This document shows, piece by piece, positions 9,283 to 18,551 of a stretch of 64,000 nucleotides of DNA (position 1 is its first letter; the number at the start of each line of letters is the position of its first letter). The notes beneath the pieces were generated by a model that was not told the DNA's origin, ran no database searches, and was given only the letters and a program-made list of their open reading frames with translations. Position numbers and translations under genes: made by a program. The DNA is from an uncultured Gammaproteobacteria bacterium (lineage in GTDB: Bacteria > Patescibacteriota > Microgenomatia > Levybacterales > UBA12049). The stretch is from assembly GCA_964416445.1 (NCBI GenBank), contig CAYQEE010000004.1, forward strand, positions 47,868-111,867, written 5' to 3'.

Positions 9283-9954
9283 TTAGTGAATTCCAAAAAA
9301 TCTAAAAAAATTTTTCTCATGTCCAAGCTGTTGAAAATACGTAAGAATTCCGGTAACTTGCAAGTTATAAATAAATACTAATATTGCCGTTACAATGAGA
9401 ATGATAAGTAAGACATAGAAAATTCTTGTTGCCCAATGCAATTGGGAAAGAATTAGATGTCTTTCAATAAAATGGGGACTGTATATTTCATAAAGTAATT
9501 CTCCTAATAAAAATCCTCTTCCCGAAATAAAAAATTCTTTTGGGGTATGAAGAAAATCTTCAGTAATACGTTCTTTTTTTATATCAAATTCACTATATCT
9601 TGAGACTTCTTTAATAAACCCCATCACATATAAATTTCCAATAACATGCATTATTTCAAATTGATTCAAAGCATTCTCTTCTATCCATTGAAGATTTTCT
9701 TCATTATGAGAGATTTTTTTAGCTATTGCGATAATTTGATGGCTAATTATTTTATTGGTAATAAGAAATTGCGCGCTCAGAGGTTTACCAATATGGATAT
9801 TATCTTCCGAGTAATACCAGTAAAGGAGAGCTTTCCCATATAACCAATATCTATTCCGTGTTTTCTCTATTTTTGCCCCTTTTTTAAGGTAGTTTTGGTA
9901 AAGTTTCAGTTTCTCGAGAAATGCAAAATTACCGGGAAAATCCATGATTTCCAT
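9283..9954 (-). CDS. Hypothetical protein with a C-terminal transmembrane helix.
   Basis: 223 aa ORF with no recognisable family. Confidence 0.45.
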   Translation of the reverse strand: MEIMDFPGNFAFLEKLKLYQNYLKKGAKIEKTRNRYWLYGKALLYWYYSEDNIHIGKPLSAQFLITNKIISHQIIAIAKKISHNEENLQWIEENALNQFEIMHVIGNLYVMGFIKEVSRYSEFDIKKERITEDFLHTPKEFFISGRGFLLGELLYEIYSPHFIERHLILSQLHWATRIFYVLLIILIVTAILVFIYNLQVTGILTYFQQLGHEKNFFRFFGIH

Positions 9955-10062
9955 ACGTACCGATTACCTTACTCTACTAACTAAAAAATGTCAATTTACT
10001 CAATATTTTATCCATGAGAAGTATTCTAGTATTCTAAGCAAAAAATATGTATACTTGTTAGT

Positions 10063-10395
10063 ATGCAGAAACAGGAAGAACTGAAAATTGAAGATTTGGA
10101 AATCGGAAAAGGTAAGATAGCAAAAGAAGGAGATACTGTTATCGTTCATTATGCGGGTACGTTGCTCGATGGTACACCATTTGATAGTTCTTATTCACGA
10201 AAAACTCCTTTTGAGACTAAAATTGGCGTTGGGTATGTCATTAAAGGCTGGGATATAGGAATACCTGGTATGAAAGTGGGAGGAAAACGTAGGCTCACAA
10301 TTCCTCATCATCTAGGTTATGGAAAATATGGCGTAGGCGATATTCCAGGATTTGCCACTCTTATTTTTGAAATTGAGTTATTAAATATAAAATAA
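10063..10395 (+). CDS. FKBP-type peptidyl-prolyl cis-trans isomerase.
   Basis: FKBP core DGTPFDSSY...GWDIGIPGMKVGGKRRLTIP...LIFEIELL. Confidence 0.9.
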   Translation: MQKQEELKIEDLEIGKGKIAKEGDTVIVHYAGTLLDGTPFDSSYSRKTPFETKIGVGYVIKGWDIGIPGMKVGGKRRLTIPHHLGYGKYGVGDIPGFATLIFEIELLNIK

Positions 10396-10412
10396 TGCAC
10401 ATAAAGACGGTT

Positions 10413-10436
10413 CAGACCGTCTCTATGCACCTCAAA
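10413..10436. terminator. Hairpin between convergent genes, a possible bidirectional terminator.
   Basis: Stem AGACGG/CCGTCT with a short loop. U-runs are weak on both strands. Confidence 0.35.
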
Positions 10437-10444
10437 CGACATAC

Positions 10445-10636
10445 CTATACTGTTTCTGTATCAGTAAGATCCGAATCACTGTCAGAAGTATCCATATCTT
10501 CCTCCTGTGTTAATGTGTCCTGTGATTCTGTAGTATCTGTCATTCCAGTTTCTCCACCTTTCTGTCCTGAGTAATCATTAGAAGAACTGGTAGGATTGTT
10601 TGTATTTTGTTGATTTGTTCGTTTATCGTCTAACAT
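10445..10636 (-). CDS. Small, highly acidic Ser/Thr/Asp-rich hypothetical protein.
   Basis: 63 aa ORF (..TDTTESQDTLTQEEDMDTSDSDSDLTDTETV) with an AGGAGGTGAAAT-type SD directly upstream. Confidence 0.45.
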   Translation of the reverse strand: MLDDKRTNQQNTNNPTSSSNDYSGQKGGETGMTDTTESQDTLTQEEDMDTSDSDSDLTDTETV

Positions 10637-10863
10637 ATTTCACCTCCTTTCATGTGTAATAAGCATATTCGCAAATGAATGTAACATCTTAAACAAACAC
10701 TTGTAAGAGAAACTCAAGAATACAGAGTAATTAAATGGTCTACCTAATAACAATCTATTCGTTCAGATTTTGCTAAATTTCCTCTTTCTCATTTCTTACT
10801 TTATTTTAGTGCGCTCTTGACGAGTATACCTTACGCTATTTTTCCCGAAAGGAGGTGAAATAA

Positions 10864-11148
10864 ATGACAGGTGGAAGTATCATAACAACAGATCATAAGA
10901 AAATTAAGAAATGGACAGAAGAAAGAGGTGGAAAACCAGCTGTTGTTAAAAATACTGCAAAAAGTGGAAAAGGTGCAGGAGTATTAAGAGTAAATTTTCC
11001 TCAATACTCTACAGATTCATCTCTTCAAGAAATTACTTGGGAAGAATTTTTTTCAATATTTGATGAAAAAAAACTTGCTTTTCTTTACCAAGAAAAAACA
11101 GCAGATGGAAAAGAAAGTCGATTCTTTAAGTTTGTTAGTAGAAAATAA
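10864..11148 (+). CDS. Conserved small hypothetical protein (MTGG..ITT.H..I..W.EERGG.PA motif family).
   Basis: Strong SD GGAGGTGAAATAA before the ATG. The N-terminal motif recalls a widespread family of roughly 90 aa whose name I cannot give with certainty. Confidence 0.55.
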   Translation: MTGGSIITTDHKKIKKWTEERGGKPAVVKNTAKSGKGAGVLRVNFPQYSTDSSLQEITWEEFFSIFDEKKLAFLYQEKTADGKESRFFKFVSRK

Positions 11149-11240
11149 CTAACTTATTTAACCGGTAATACCTCTTTTTTCTATTTGTTTTAATACTATT
11201 TAGTAGGTAACTAAATTGGTATACTAAATATCTATTTATC

Positions 11241-11855
11241 ATGATGGAAATTACTTCGGTAACTTTTTTTGGGTGTTCTTGTGGAGAACCCGGTGATAAA
11301 AATTTTGAGAGCGCAAAAGAAGTTGCAAAAGCTGTGGCTCTTTCAGGAAGAAAAGTAGTAAATGGTGGTGGACCGGGTATTATGTTAGCAGCAACTTTAG
11401 GAGCTAAGGAAGGAAACGGAAAAACTACTGTAGTCTATTATACTCCGGAGTTAGCTACACGTTTCGAAGGGAAAAAAGCTATTAATTATGCTGATAAACA
11501 TTACGAAGAAGCAAATTATGTCTTACGGACAAAGCGATTATTAGAACTTGGAGATGCCTATATTATCTTTAATGGTGGTACAGGAACTATATCGGAATTT
11601 GCTATGGCTTGGGGTGTCGCTCGTCTATATTTTGGACATCACCGACCGCTTCTTTTATATGGAAACTTTTGGCAAAATATCATGGATAATTTTAAAAAAT
11701 ATATGTTTGTCAGACCTGAAGAATACAAGATATTTACTATTGTAAATTCGCCATCGGAGGTATTATCTACGCTCGATCGGTATGACAAAATTCTCAGTAC
11801 AAATAGACATAATCATAAAAATTGTACTGGTGTCGAATGTTCTCTGTTTCTTTAA
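11241..11855 (+). CDS. LOG-family Rossmann-fold nucleotide-binding protein (TIGR00730-like).
   Basis: GGGPGIM...GGTGTISEFAMAW motifs typical of the LOG/SLOG family. Confidence 0.75.
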   Translation: MMEITSVTFFGCSCGEPGDKNFESAKEVAKAVALSGRKVVNGGGPGIMLAATLGAKEGNGKTTVVYYTPELATRFEGKKAINYADKHYEEANYVLRTKRLLELGDAYIIFNGGTGTISEFAMAWGVARLYFGHHRPLLLYGNFWQNIMDNFKKYMFVRPEEYKIFTIVNSPSEVLSTLDRYDKILSTNRHNHKNCTGVECSLFL

Positions 11856-12334
11856 TTTAGTTTTGTATTTTTTTCTCTTTGCCAATCTGCCAAAACTTCT
11901 TTGACATGAGTTAAAGGGTTTACGTTTTCATAAATTTTAACAATAACTCCTTGCGGATTTATAAGAAAAGATGTTCTATTTGTTCCCATATACTCTTTTC
12001 CCATAAATTTTTTAGGGTGCCAAACATCATATAAATCAACAACCTTTTTCTCTACATCTGCCAATAGCGGAAAAGGTAATTGATATTTTTGAGCAAACCT
12101 TTCATGACTTTTCACCGAGTCTGTACTAATCCCAAAGACTAATAACTCTCCTTTTGTAAAATGGGAAAAGTTCTCTCGAATACTACATGCCTCTTTGGTA
12201 CATCCAACAGTATCGTCTTTCGGATAAAAATAGATAAGTACCCATTTCCCCAAGTAATCGGATAACGAATGTATGTCTCCATTTTGATCCGGAAGACTAA
12301 ATTCAGGTGCTTTATCATGTACATGAAGTTTCAT
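11852..12334 (-). CDS. bcp: Thiol peroxidase (Bcp-type peroxiredoxin).
   Basis: FYPKDDTVGCTKEACSIRE peroxidatic-Cys motif in an AhpC/TSA fold. Confidence 0.85.
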   Translation of the reverse strand: MKLHVHDKAPEFSLPDQNGDIHSLSDYLGKWVLIYFYPKDDTVGCTKEACSIRENFSHFTKGELLVFGISTDSVKSHERFAQKYQLPFPLLADVEKKVVDLYDVWHPKKFMGKEYMGTNRTSFLINPQGVIVKIYENVNPLTHVKEVLADWQREKNTKLN

Positions 12335-12342
12335 AACTTTCG

Positions 12343-13665
12343 TTACTTTTGAACTCGATTAACATCCCGCCAACCAATATCTGTTCTAAAATGTAAGTTA
12401 TCACCTTCAATAGATATTTTACTCATCGCGTTATATACATTATCGCGCGCTTGAATTACAGTTTCACCTTCTCCGACTATATAAAAGAGTCGGCCACCCT
12501 GTACAAAATATTTTCCATCAGTTTTTTTTACACCCGCGCCATAAACGACAATATTCTGCATAGTTAATACCTTATCAAGACCAAATATTTCTTTTCCTTT
12601 TACTCCCGAATAATCTACAGGATATCCTTTTGCCGTTGCAGCAACTGCTATACGAGCTTTCCCATCTAATTTACATACATAAGTATCTAATTCCCCGCTA
12701 ATTACTTTTTGGATAAGTTGAAAATAATCATCCGTAATTCCAGGAAGTAAAACTTCTGCTTCCGGATCACCCCATCGTGCATTGAATTCAATAACATATA
12801 CTTTTTGATTTACTAATATCCCCCCTAAATATAAAATTCCTTTATATGGTCTTCCTTCTTTTGCCAATCCAATGACTGTCTTTCTAAATATACTCTCTAC
12901 CTGCTGCTGAATGCGTGAAGTAATGACAAGAGGTGGAGTGCTGCATCCCATTCCACCAGTATTTTCGCCATTATCCCCATCGTTAACTCTCTTATGATCT
13001 TGTGCATATCCAATTACAATAAAATTATGGCCATCGCATAATGCAAACGCCGAAAATTCTTCCGCATTTGATCCATCAGTACTTTTTATCCATTTTTCGA
13101 GAAGATATGTTTTTCCAGCTTCGCCAAATTTTTGCAGTTCTTTTATTTTTTTGATTGCATCCTTATTGTCGATTGCTGGTAATGCTCCTTTCCCCTCCGC
13201 TAACCCAGACGCTTTAACAAACCAAGGTTGATCTTTTTGTTCGTTAAGATAAGCAATTCCATCTTGTTGATTTTGAAAAATAACATATTCTGGCTGTGTA
13301 ATACCAACTCGCTGCATAAACTCACGAGAAAATGCCTTATTCCACTCGATCTCTCCTGCCGCTTTTGTAGGACCAAATACTGGTATACCATTTTCTAAAA
13401 GAATATCTACTAATCCTACAGCAACAGCATTATCTTGAGCTACATCCACCAATGTAACGTGTTCTTTTTTACAAATTTCAATAATTTCACGAACGCTTGT
13501 GGTTTTTAAATGCGGATAAATTGAAACTGGAACATGAACATTTTCTTGCATTAAATCATTACCTGGAATAGCAATAATTTTCATAACTTCTGGGTTCAAA
13601 GAATATTTATGAACTAATGCCGCTCCCCGTCCTCCTCCATCGATAACAACAACTATATGCTTCAT
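12343..13665 (-). CDS. purD: Phosphoribosylamine--glycine ligase.
   Basis: MKHIVVVIDGGGRGAAL N-terminus and ATP-grasp core. The start is taken at MKHIV rather than the longer ORF start. Confidence 0.85.
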   Translation of the reverse strand: MKHIVVVIDGGGRGAALVHKYSLNPEVMKIIAIPGNDLMQENVHVPVSIYPHLKTTSVREIIEICKKEHVTLVDVAQDNAVAVGLVDILLENGIPVFGPTKAAGEIEWNKAFSREFMQRVGITQPEYVIFQNQQDGIAYLNEQKDQPWFVKASGLAEGKGALPAIDNKDAIKKIKELQKFGEAGKTYLLEKWIKSTDGSNAEEFSAFALCDGHNFIVIGYAQDHKRVNDGDNGENTGGMGCSTPPLVITSRIQQQVESIFRKTVIGLAKEGRPYKGILYLGGILVNQKVYVIEFNARWGDPEAEVLLPGITDDYFQLIQKVISGELDTYVCKLDGKARIAVAATAKGYPVDYSGVKGKEIFGLDKVLTMQNIVVYGAGVKKTDGKYFVQGGRLFYIVGEGETVIQARDNVYNAMSKISIEGDNLHFRTDIGWRDVNRVQK

Positions 13666-13669
13666 AATT

Positions 13670-15091
13670 CTAGACAGTAAAATCAATTTCTTTTTTATGT
13701 TCCCCTATATCAATAGGATATTTACCAGTAAAACAAGACGTACAAAACATGTCCTCTGATAAGCCAGTCGCTCGAATTAATCCTTCATAGGAAAGATATC
13801 CTACTGAATCAGCTCCAACAAACTGAGTAATTTCCTTAAGAGACATCGTGGATGCAATGAGTTCTTGTTGTGTCGGAGTAGCAATACCATAAAAATCGGG
13901 GTATTTTACCGGTGGAGATGCACTTAAAAGATGTACTTCTTTTGCACCTGCTCGACGCACCATATGAACCAATTTTTTAGAAGTAGTTCCCCGAACTATA
14001 GAATCATCAATAAGAATAACTCTTTTTCCTTTTAAAATTTCTCTCATAGGAATAAGCTTCATAGAAACATCTTTTTGGCGTAGAACATGAGAAGGATTTA
14101 TAAATGTTCTATGAATATAACTGTTTTTGAGTAAACCATGATCAAATCGCATACCAGTTTCTTCTGCGTATCCCAAAGATGCAGGAATCGCTGAATTCGG
14201 TACTGGTACGACAACATCCGCTTCAATTTTATTTTCATGAGCGAGTTGCCTACCCATTTCTCTGCGAACTTCATTAATACTTTTTCCAAAAATAAAGCTA
14301 TCAGGACGTGAAAAATAAACTAATTCAAAAATATCCAATTTTTGATTCCCCGAAGCTAATTGAAATGAATGTAATCCTTTTTCGTCAATAACTATCATTT
14401 CACCCGGTTTTACATCACGAAGATACTCAGCGTTGATGCTATCAAGTCCACAGGTTTCCGAGGAAATTGCATAACCATTCTCCCCAATTGTTCCTATGCT
14501 AAATGGTCGTATCCCAAATCTATCTCGAACCCCTATTAATTTATCTTTCGTAAGAATTACTAACGAAAAAGCACCAGTAAAAAGTGGGAAACTTCTTTTA
14601 ACTGCTTCTTCGATGGTTTCTCCTCGATCCATATAATATTCTAAAACTTCATGCATTAGTTCACTATCATTAAGGTGATCAATTTTCTTCCCTGTTTTTT
14701 TAAGAAACGACTTTAGGGAATCGACGACTGGTAAATTGCCATTATGTGCTAAAGCAAGTAAGTTTTTATCAGAAGTAACCGGCTGAAAATGACCAAAAAT
14801 TCCACCAAATGTAGAATAACGATTATGACCAATCGCAAAATGACCAGGTAATTTTTCTAAAGATTCATCAGAATGAACTGAACCTACTAACCCTGGACCT
14901 TTATGCGTTCTAATTTGGGATCCATCAGATGTGCTAATTCCTGTCGCCTCCTGTCCCCTATGTTGAAGTGCCCATAATCCGGAACAAACCATTCGTGCTG
15001 CGTGGTGATTTTTTATATATACCCCAAATACTGCACACTTCTCATGAAGCTCGTTGCGATAAGAAATTAACTTTTGCCTTTTTACCATCAA
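13670..15091 (-). CDS. purF: Amidophosphoribosyltransferase with an N-terminal propeptide before the catalytic Cys.
   Basis: CAVFGVY Ntn-Cys motif, a PRTase motif (VILIDDSIVRGTT) and a C-terminal 4Fe-4S Cys ligand (CFTGKYP). Confidence 0.9.
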   Translation of the reverse strand: MMVKRQKLISYRNELHEKCAVFGVYIKNHHAARMVCSGLWALQHRGQEATGISTSDGSQIRTHKGPGLVGSVHSDESLEKLPGHFAIGHNRYSTFGGIFGHFQPVTSDKNLLALAHNGNLPVVDSLKSFLKKTGKKIDHLNDSELMHEVLEYYMDRGETIEEAVKRSFPLFTGAFSLVILTKDKLIGVRDRFGIRPFSIGTIGENGYAISSETCGLDSINAEYLRDVKPGEMIVIDEKGLHSFQLASGNQKLDIFELVYFSRPDSFIFGKSINEVRREMGRQLAHENKIEADVVVPVPNSAIPASLGYAEETGMRFDHGLLKNSYIHRTFINPSHVLRQKDVSMKLIPMREILKGKRVILIDDSIVRGTTSKKLVHMVRRAGAKEVHLLSASPPVKYPDFYGIATPTQQELIASTMSLKEITQFVGADSVGYLSYEGLIRATGLSEDMFCTSCFTGKYPIDIGEHKKEIDFTV

Positions 15092-15166
15092 GAAAAACCT
15101 GCTTTCAGCAGTGGTTTATATTTAGCATACTATAACTATAGAAAAAGAGCAAGGCTATTTCATCCT

Positions 15167-15195
15167 TTGTTGAAATTGCGTTATCTTGATATAAT
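15167..15195 (+). promoter_or_regulatory. Strong sigma70-like promoter (TTGTTG-17-TATAAT) for the first EamA gene.
   Basis: A consensus -10 and a reasonable -35 with 17-nt spacing lie just upstream of the MNSPK start. Confidence 0.45.
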
Positions 15196-15208
15196 GCCTT
15201 TACATAGA

Positions 15209-16144
15209 ATGAATAGTCCTAAGATACTTGTTATCCTTACTATCATTTTTTGGAGTTTTGGTATCTTTCTCACCAGAGTGATATCTATGAAAACTCCACT
15301 ACTTAATCTTAATATCCAATTTTTCTTTCTGTTTCTCTTTTTTCTTATTTACAACATTGCATATTATCGTCATGCATTCATTCGAAAAATTTTCCATATC
15401 AAAATTGCTTATTTCTTCTTTGGATTATTTGGCTATTTTATTTATTTCATTGGGCTATTTCAAAGTTTTCGGCTTTTTAATGTGGCGTCTAATACAGCTA
15501 TATTGAACTATACCTTTCCTATTTTTACCGTTATTTTCCGAGACATTTTATTTAAATCTTCAAAACGAAAAACAAAAAAAGTGAGAATCCTTGAATATGG
15601 TGGATTGTTTCTTGGGTTTTTATCTATCATAATTGTTGCGACAAAAGGACAAGTTTTTACTTTACAATTTAGCAATATTGCTGCATTATTATGGGGGCTT
15701 CTTTCTGGAATTTCTTATGGAATTTTTAGCGCGTACAGTAGTAGTATAAAAACCGAAGATCAACCAGTTTTCTTTCTTTCTGCTACCTGTATAAGCTGGC
15801 TTATATCTCTCTTTATTGCCTTACCTGAATTTTCTTCTTTAAAACATCTTTCACTTTCAGATTATTTCTATCAAGCGGTACTTGCATTTATCGTTAACGG
15901 TTTGGGTTTTATAACATGGGCTCGGGCTAACAGATTAGCAAATATTTATCATATACCTATTTCGTCAATTGCATCTCTTTTATATATTCTTCCTTTTTTA
16001 TCTCTAACCATCATTGCATACTTTTTAAAAGAGACATCGCTCCACCATACTTATTTCGTATTAAGTCTTCTCTTATTAATTTTAGGCACCTACATATGTC
16101 AGAAATCAGAATCAATTTCTAATTTTCTTCATAATTCTTCTTGA
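15209..16144 (+). CDS. EamA/DMT-family 10-TM transporter, paralog 1.
   Basis: Multiple transmembrane helices. It shares blocks with the second paralog (ILNYTFPIFT, LLWGL..GISYG..SAYSSS, VNGLG.ITW..ANR). The start is chosen at MNSPK by alignment with the paralog; the longer ORF begins at 15074. Confidence 0.7.
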   Translation: MNSPKILVILTIIFWSFGIFLTRVISMKTPLLNLNIQFFFLFLFFLIYNIAYYRHAFIRKIFHIKIAYFFFGLFGYFIYFIGLFQSFRLFNVASNTAILNYTFPIFTVIFRDILFKSSKRKTKKVRILEYGGLFLGFLSIIIVATKGQVFTLQFSNIAALLWGLLSGISYGIFSAYSSSIKTEDQPVFFLSATCISWLISLFIALPEFSSLKHLSLSDYFYQAVLAFIVNGLGFITWARANRLANIYHIPISSIASLLYILPFLSLTIIAYFLKETSLHHTYFVLSLLLLILGTYICQKSESISNFLHNSS

Positions 16145-16180
16145 CAGACTGATGTTTTTCTTTTAGACTAAGCAAAGATA

Positions 16181-16329
16181 TTGAATCAAGAGTGATGGGG
16201 AGAGTTTTGGCTCGATGATCCATCCAGCAACCGGTTCGTAAAGCGGAAACGGTGCTCCACCCAAACCCGTAAGGGAAGGATTAGTTCGCAGTATTGCGGA
16301 AATGATAACCTCTCTTCGGAGAGGTTTTT
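16181..16329 (+). promoter_or_regulatory. SAM-I (S-box) riboswitch number 1 with an intrinsic terminator.
   Basis: AUCAAGAG...GGGGAGAG..GGCUCGAUGAUCC..CCAGCAACC...GGUGCUCCACCC...CCCGUAAGGG matches the SAM-I aptamer hallmarks. It is followed by the terminator CCTCTCTTCGGAGAGG+T7 and then the Hcy-methyltransferase ATG. Confidence 0.75.
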
Positions 16330-16343
16330 TTGTGGAGAATTTT

Positions 16344-17375
16344 ATGAAGCAACAAAAAGAAGGTATTCTAGAAAGATTAAAAAGGAATATTGTCCTCGGA
16401 GCTGAAGGATATATTTTTGAACTGGAACGTCGAGGATATATTAAAGCAGGAGCATTCGTTCCTGAAGTGATTGTCGATTTTCCAAATGCTGTAAAAGAAT
16501 TACATAGAGAATTTCTGCATGCTGGAAGTGAAGTTATTGTCGCTCTCACCTATTATGCTCATCGGGAAAAACTTAAAGTGATTGGGAGAGAAAATGAATT
16601 AGAGTCTATGAATCGAAAAGCTGTTCAAATGGCAAATGAGATAGCAAGAGAAGGTAATGCACTTGTCGCTGGAAATATTTGTAATACATGGGTCTATGAT
16701 CCTCAGAATCCTAAAAAGACTGGCGAATTAGTACGAAATATGTATGAAGAACAAATCCAATGGGCCATAAGCGAAGGAATCGATTTTATTATTGCCGAAA
16801 CACTTGAATATGTCGAAGAAGCAGTTATTGCCCTTGAAGTCATTAAAAAATATAAACTTCCTGCAATGGTAACATTCGCAGCTACCTATGATAAAAGCAA
16901 GGATGGGTATTCATGGATTGAAGGTTGCAAGATCCTTGAAGATAACGGTGCAGATATTGTTGGATTTAACTGTATACGAGGACCAAAAACAATGCTCCCC
17001 TTGTTAGAAAAACTACGAAAGAAAGTTTCTTGTTATATTGCAGCTCAACCAGTTCCCTATCGAACAACAAAACGATTACCGGCATTTCAGTTTCTTAAAT
17101 ATGAAAAAGGAAATGCATTTCCTTTATTTTTGGAGCCTTTTTTGGCAACTCGATATGAGATGGCACAAGCAACAAAAATTTTTCAAGAAATAGGAATTAA
17201 TTATATTGGAATCTGCTGTGGCGCAGGGCCACATCATGTACGGGCGATGGCTGAGGCTCTCGGAAGGATAGTACCTGCAAGCCGCTACTCTCCGGATATG
17301 TCACAACATGGTTTATTAGGTGATGATGCAGTAGTGAGTAATCACGAAAAAGGATTTCTCAAAAAATGGAAATAG
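16344..17375 (+). CDS. Homocysteine S-methyltransferase family protein (BHMT/MmuM-like; Pfam S-methyl_trans).
   Basis: Hcy-binding TIM-barrel motifs (GAEGYIFELERRGY, IGICCGAGPHH). The start is at MKQQKEG, immediately after the riboswitch terminator. Confidence 0.75.
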   Translation: MKQQKEGILERLKRNIVLGAEGYIFELERRGYIKAGAFVPEVIVDFPNAVKELHREFLHAGSEVIVALTYYAHREKLKVIGRENELESMNRKAVQMANEIAREGNALVAGNICNTWVYDPQNPKKTGELVRNMYEEQIQWAISEGIDFIIAETLEYVEEAVIALEVIKKYKLPAMVTFAATYDKSKDGYSWIEGCKILEDNGADIVGFNCIRGPKTMLPLLEKLRKKVSCYIAAQPVPYRTTKRLPAFQFLKYEKGNAFPLFLEPFLATRYEMAQATKIFQEIGINYIGICCGAGPHHVRAMAEALGRIVPASRYSPDMSQHGLLGDDAVVSNHEKGFLKKWK

Positions 17376-17394
17376 TGAAATATTTATTACCACA

Positions 17395-18549
17395 ATGAGA
17401 TTTACAACAAACGCCATACATATCGGTAATGAACCAAATACGCTTGAAGGAGGAAGTGGTGATGTTGTGGTCCCTATTCATTTAGCAACTACATTCGCAA
17501 GAGAAAAAGTATTAATTCCAACGGCTGGATATGATTATTCTCGTTCAGGAAATCCTACAAGAGCTGCTTTAGAAAAAAATCTTGCTTGTCTCGAACATGG
17601 GTCCTATGCATTTGCATATACTTCAGGCCTTGCTGCAATAACCAATGTCTTGTTTCTACTTAAACCGGGAGATCATATACTAGCAATTGATAATCTTTAT
17701 GGTGGAACATATCGGCTCTTTACTCAAATATTCCAAGCATGGGGAATTTCTCTCAGTCTAGTTTCATTTTCTCAAATGTCTGATCTTGCGAAACACATAC
17801 AAAGAAATACAAAATTAATTTATCTTGAATCTCCAACAAACCCTTTGCTTAAGATAATTGATCTTCAATCTACTGCTGATTTTGCAAAAAAATATAATAT
17901 ACTTACTGCTATTGATAATACCTTTGCTTCTCCTTATTGGCAAAATCCACTTGATTTCGGTATAGATATTGTCATTCACTCTGCAACAAAATACTTGGGT
18001 GGACATAGTGATGTAACAGCAGGATGTGTCATAGTAAACGACGATACCCTCGCTCATCGGCTAGGTTTTTTACAAAATGCTATTGGAGCAATTCTATCCC
18101 CTTTTGATAGTTACAACTTATTAAAAGGAATTAAAACATTACCGATTCGAATGAAAGAGCATGAAATGAATACTCAAAAAGTTGTAAACTTTCTACAATC
18201 CCACAAAAAAATCAAAACTATTTATTATCCCGGCCTCGTCGAACATCCAGGACATCATATTGCAAAAAAACAGATGAGAGGATTTGGTGGAATTCTTTCG
18301 TTCGAATTGCTGGGGGATATTACAAATACTATTCAATTCTTGGAAAAACTTACCTTAATCCATTTAGCAATTAGCGTTGGGGCTGTCGAATCTCTTATTG
18401 AACACCCAGCAACAATGACCCATGCTGCTGTTCCAAAAGAAGAGCGAGAAAGATGTGGACTGTCCGATACACTTATTCGATTATCAGTTGGTCTGGAAGA
18501 TAGTGATGATTTACTTAATGACCTATCCCAAGCACTTGATTCTATTTAA
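17395..18549 (+). CDS. Cys/Met-metabolism PLP-dependent enzyme (cystathionine gamma-synthase/beta-lyase or O-acetylhomoserine sulfhydrylase family).
   Basis: PLP-lysine motif HSATKYLGGHSDVTAG and overall MetB/MetC/MetY architecture. Confidence 0.85.
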   Translation: MRFTTNAIHIGNEPNTLEGGSGDVVVPIHLATTFAREKVLIPTAGYDYSRSGNPTRAALEKNLACLEHGSYAFAYTSGLAAITNVLFLLKPGDHILAIDNLYGGTYRLFTQIFQAWGISLSLVSFSQMSDLAKHIQRNTKLIYLESPTNPLLKIIDLQSTADFAKKYNILTAIDNTFASPYWQNPLDFGIDIVIHSATKYLGGHSDVTAGCVIVNDDTLAHRLGFLQNAIGAILSPFDSYNLLKGIKTLPIRMKEHEMNTQKVVNFLQSHKKIKTIYYPGLVEHPGHHIAKKQMRGFGGILSFELLGDITNTIQFLEKLTLIHLAISVGAVESLIEHPATMTHAAVPKEERERCGLSDTLIRLSVGLEDSDDLLNDLSQALDSI

Positions 18550-18551
18550 CT

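Noticed and set aside
15092-15208. A possible purine riboswitch or PurR box upstream of purF.
   Set aside because: Only divergent promoter-like hexamers and a short hairpin are present. There is no guanine-aptamer-like conserved core.
16163-16549. A 128 aa minus-strand ORF.
   Set aside because: It lies antisense across SAM-I riboswitch number 1 and the start of the Hcy-methyltransferase gene, with no SD and an odd composition.
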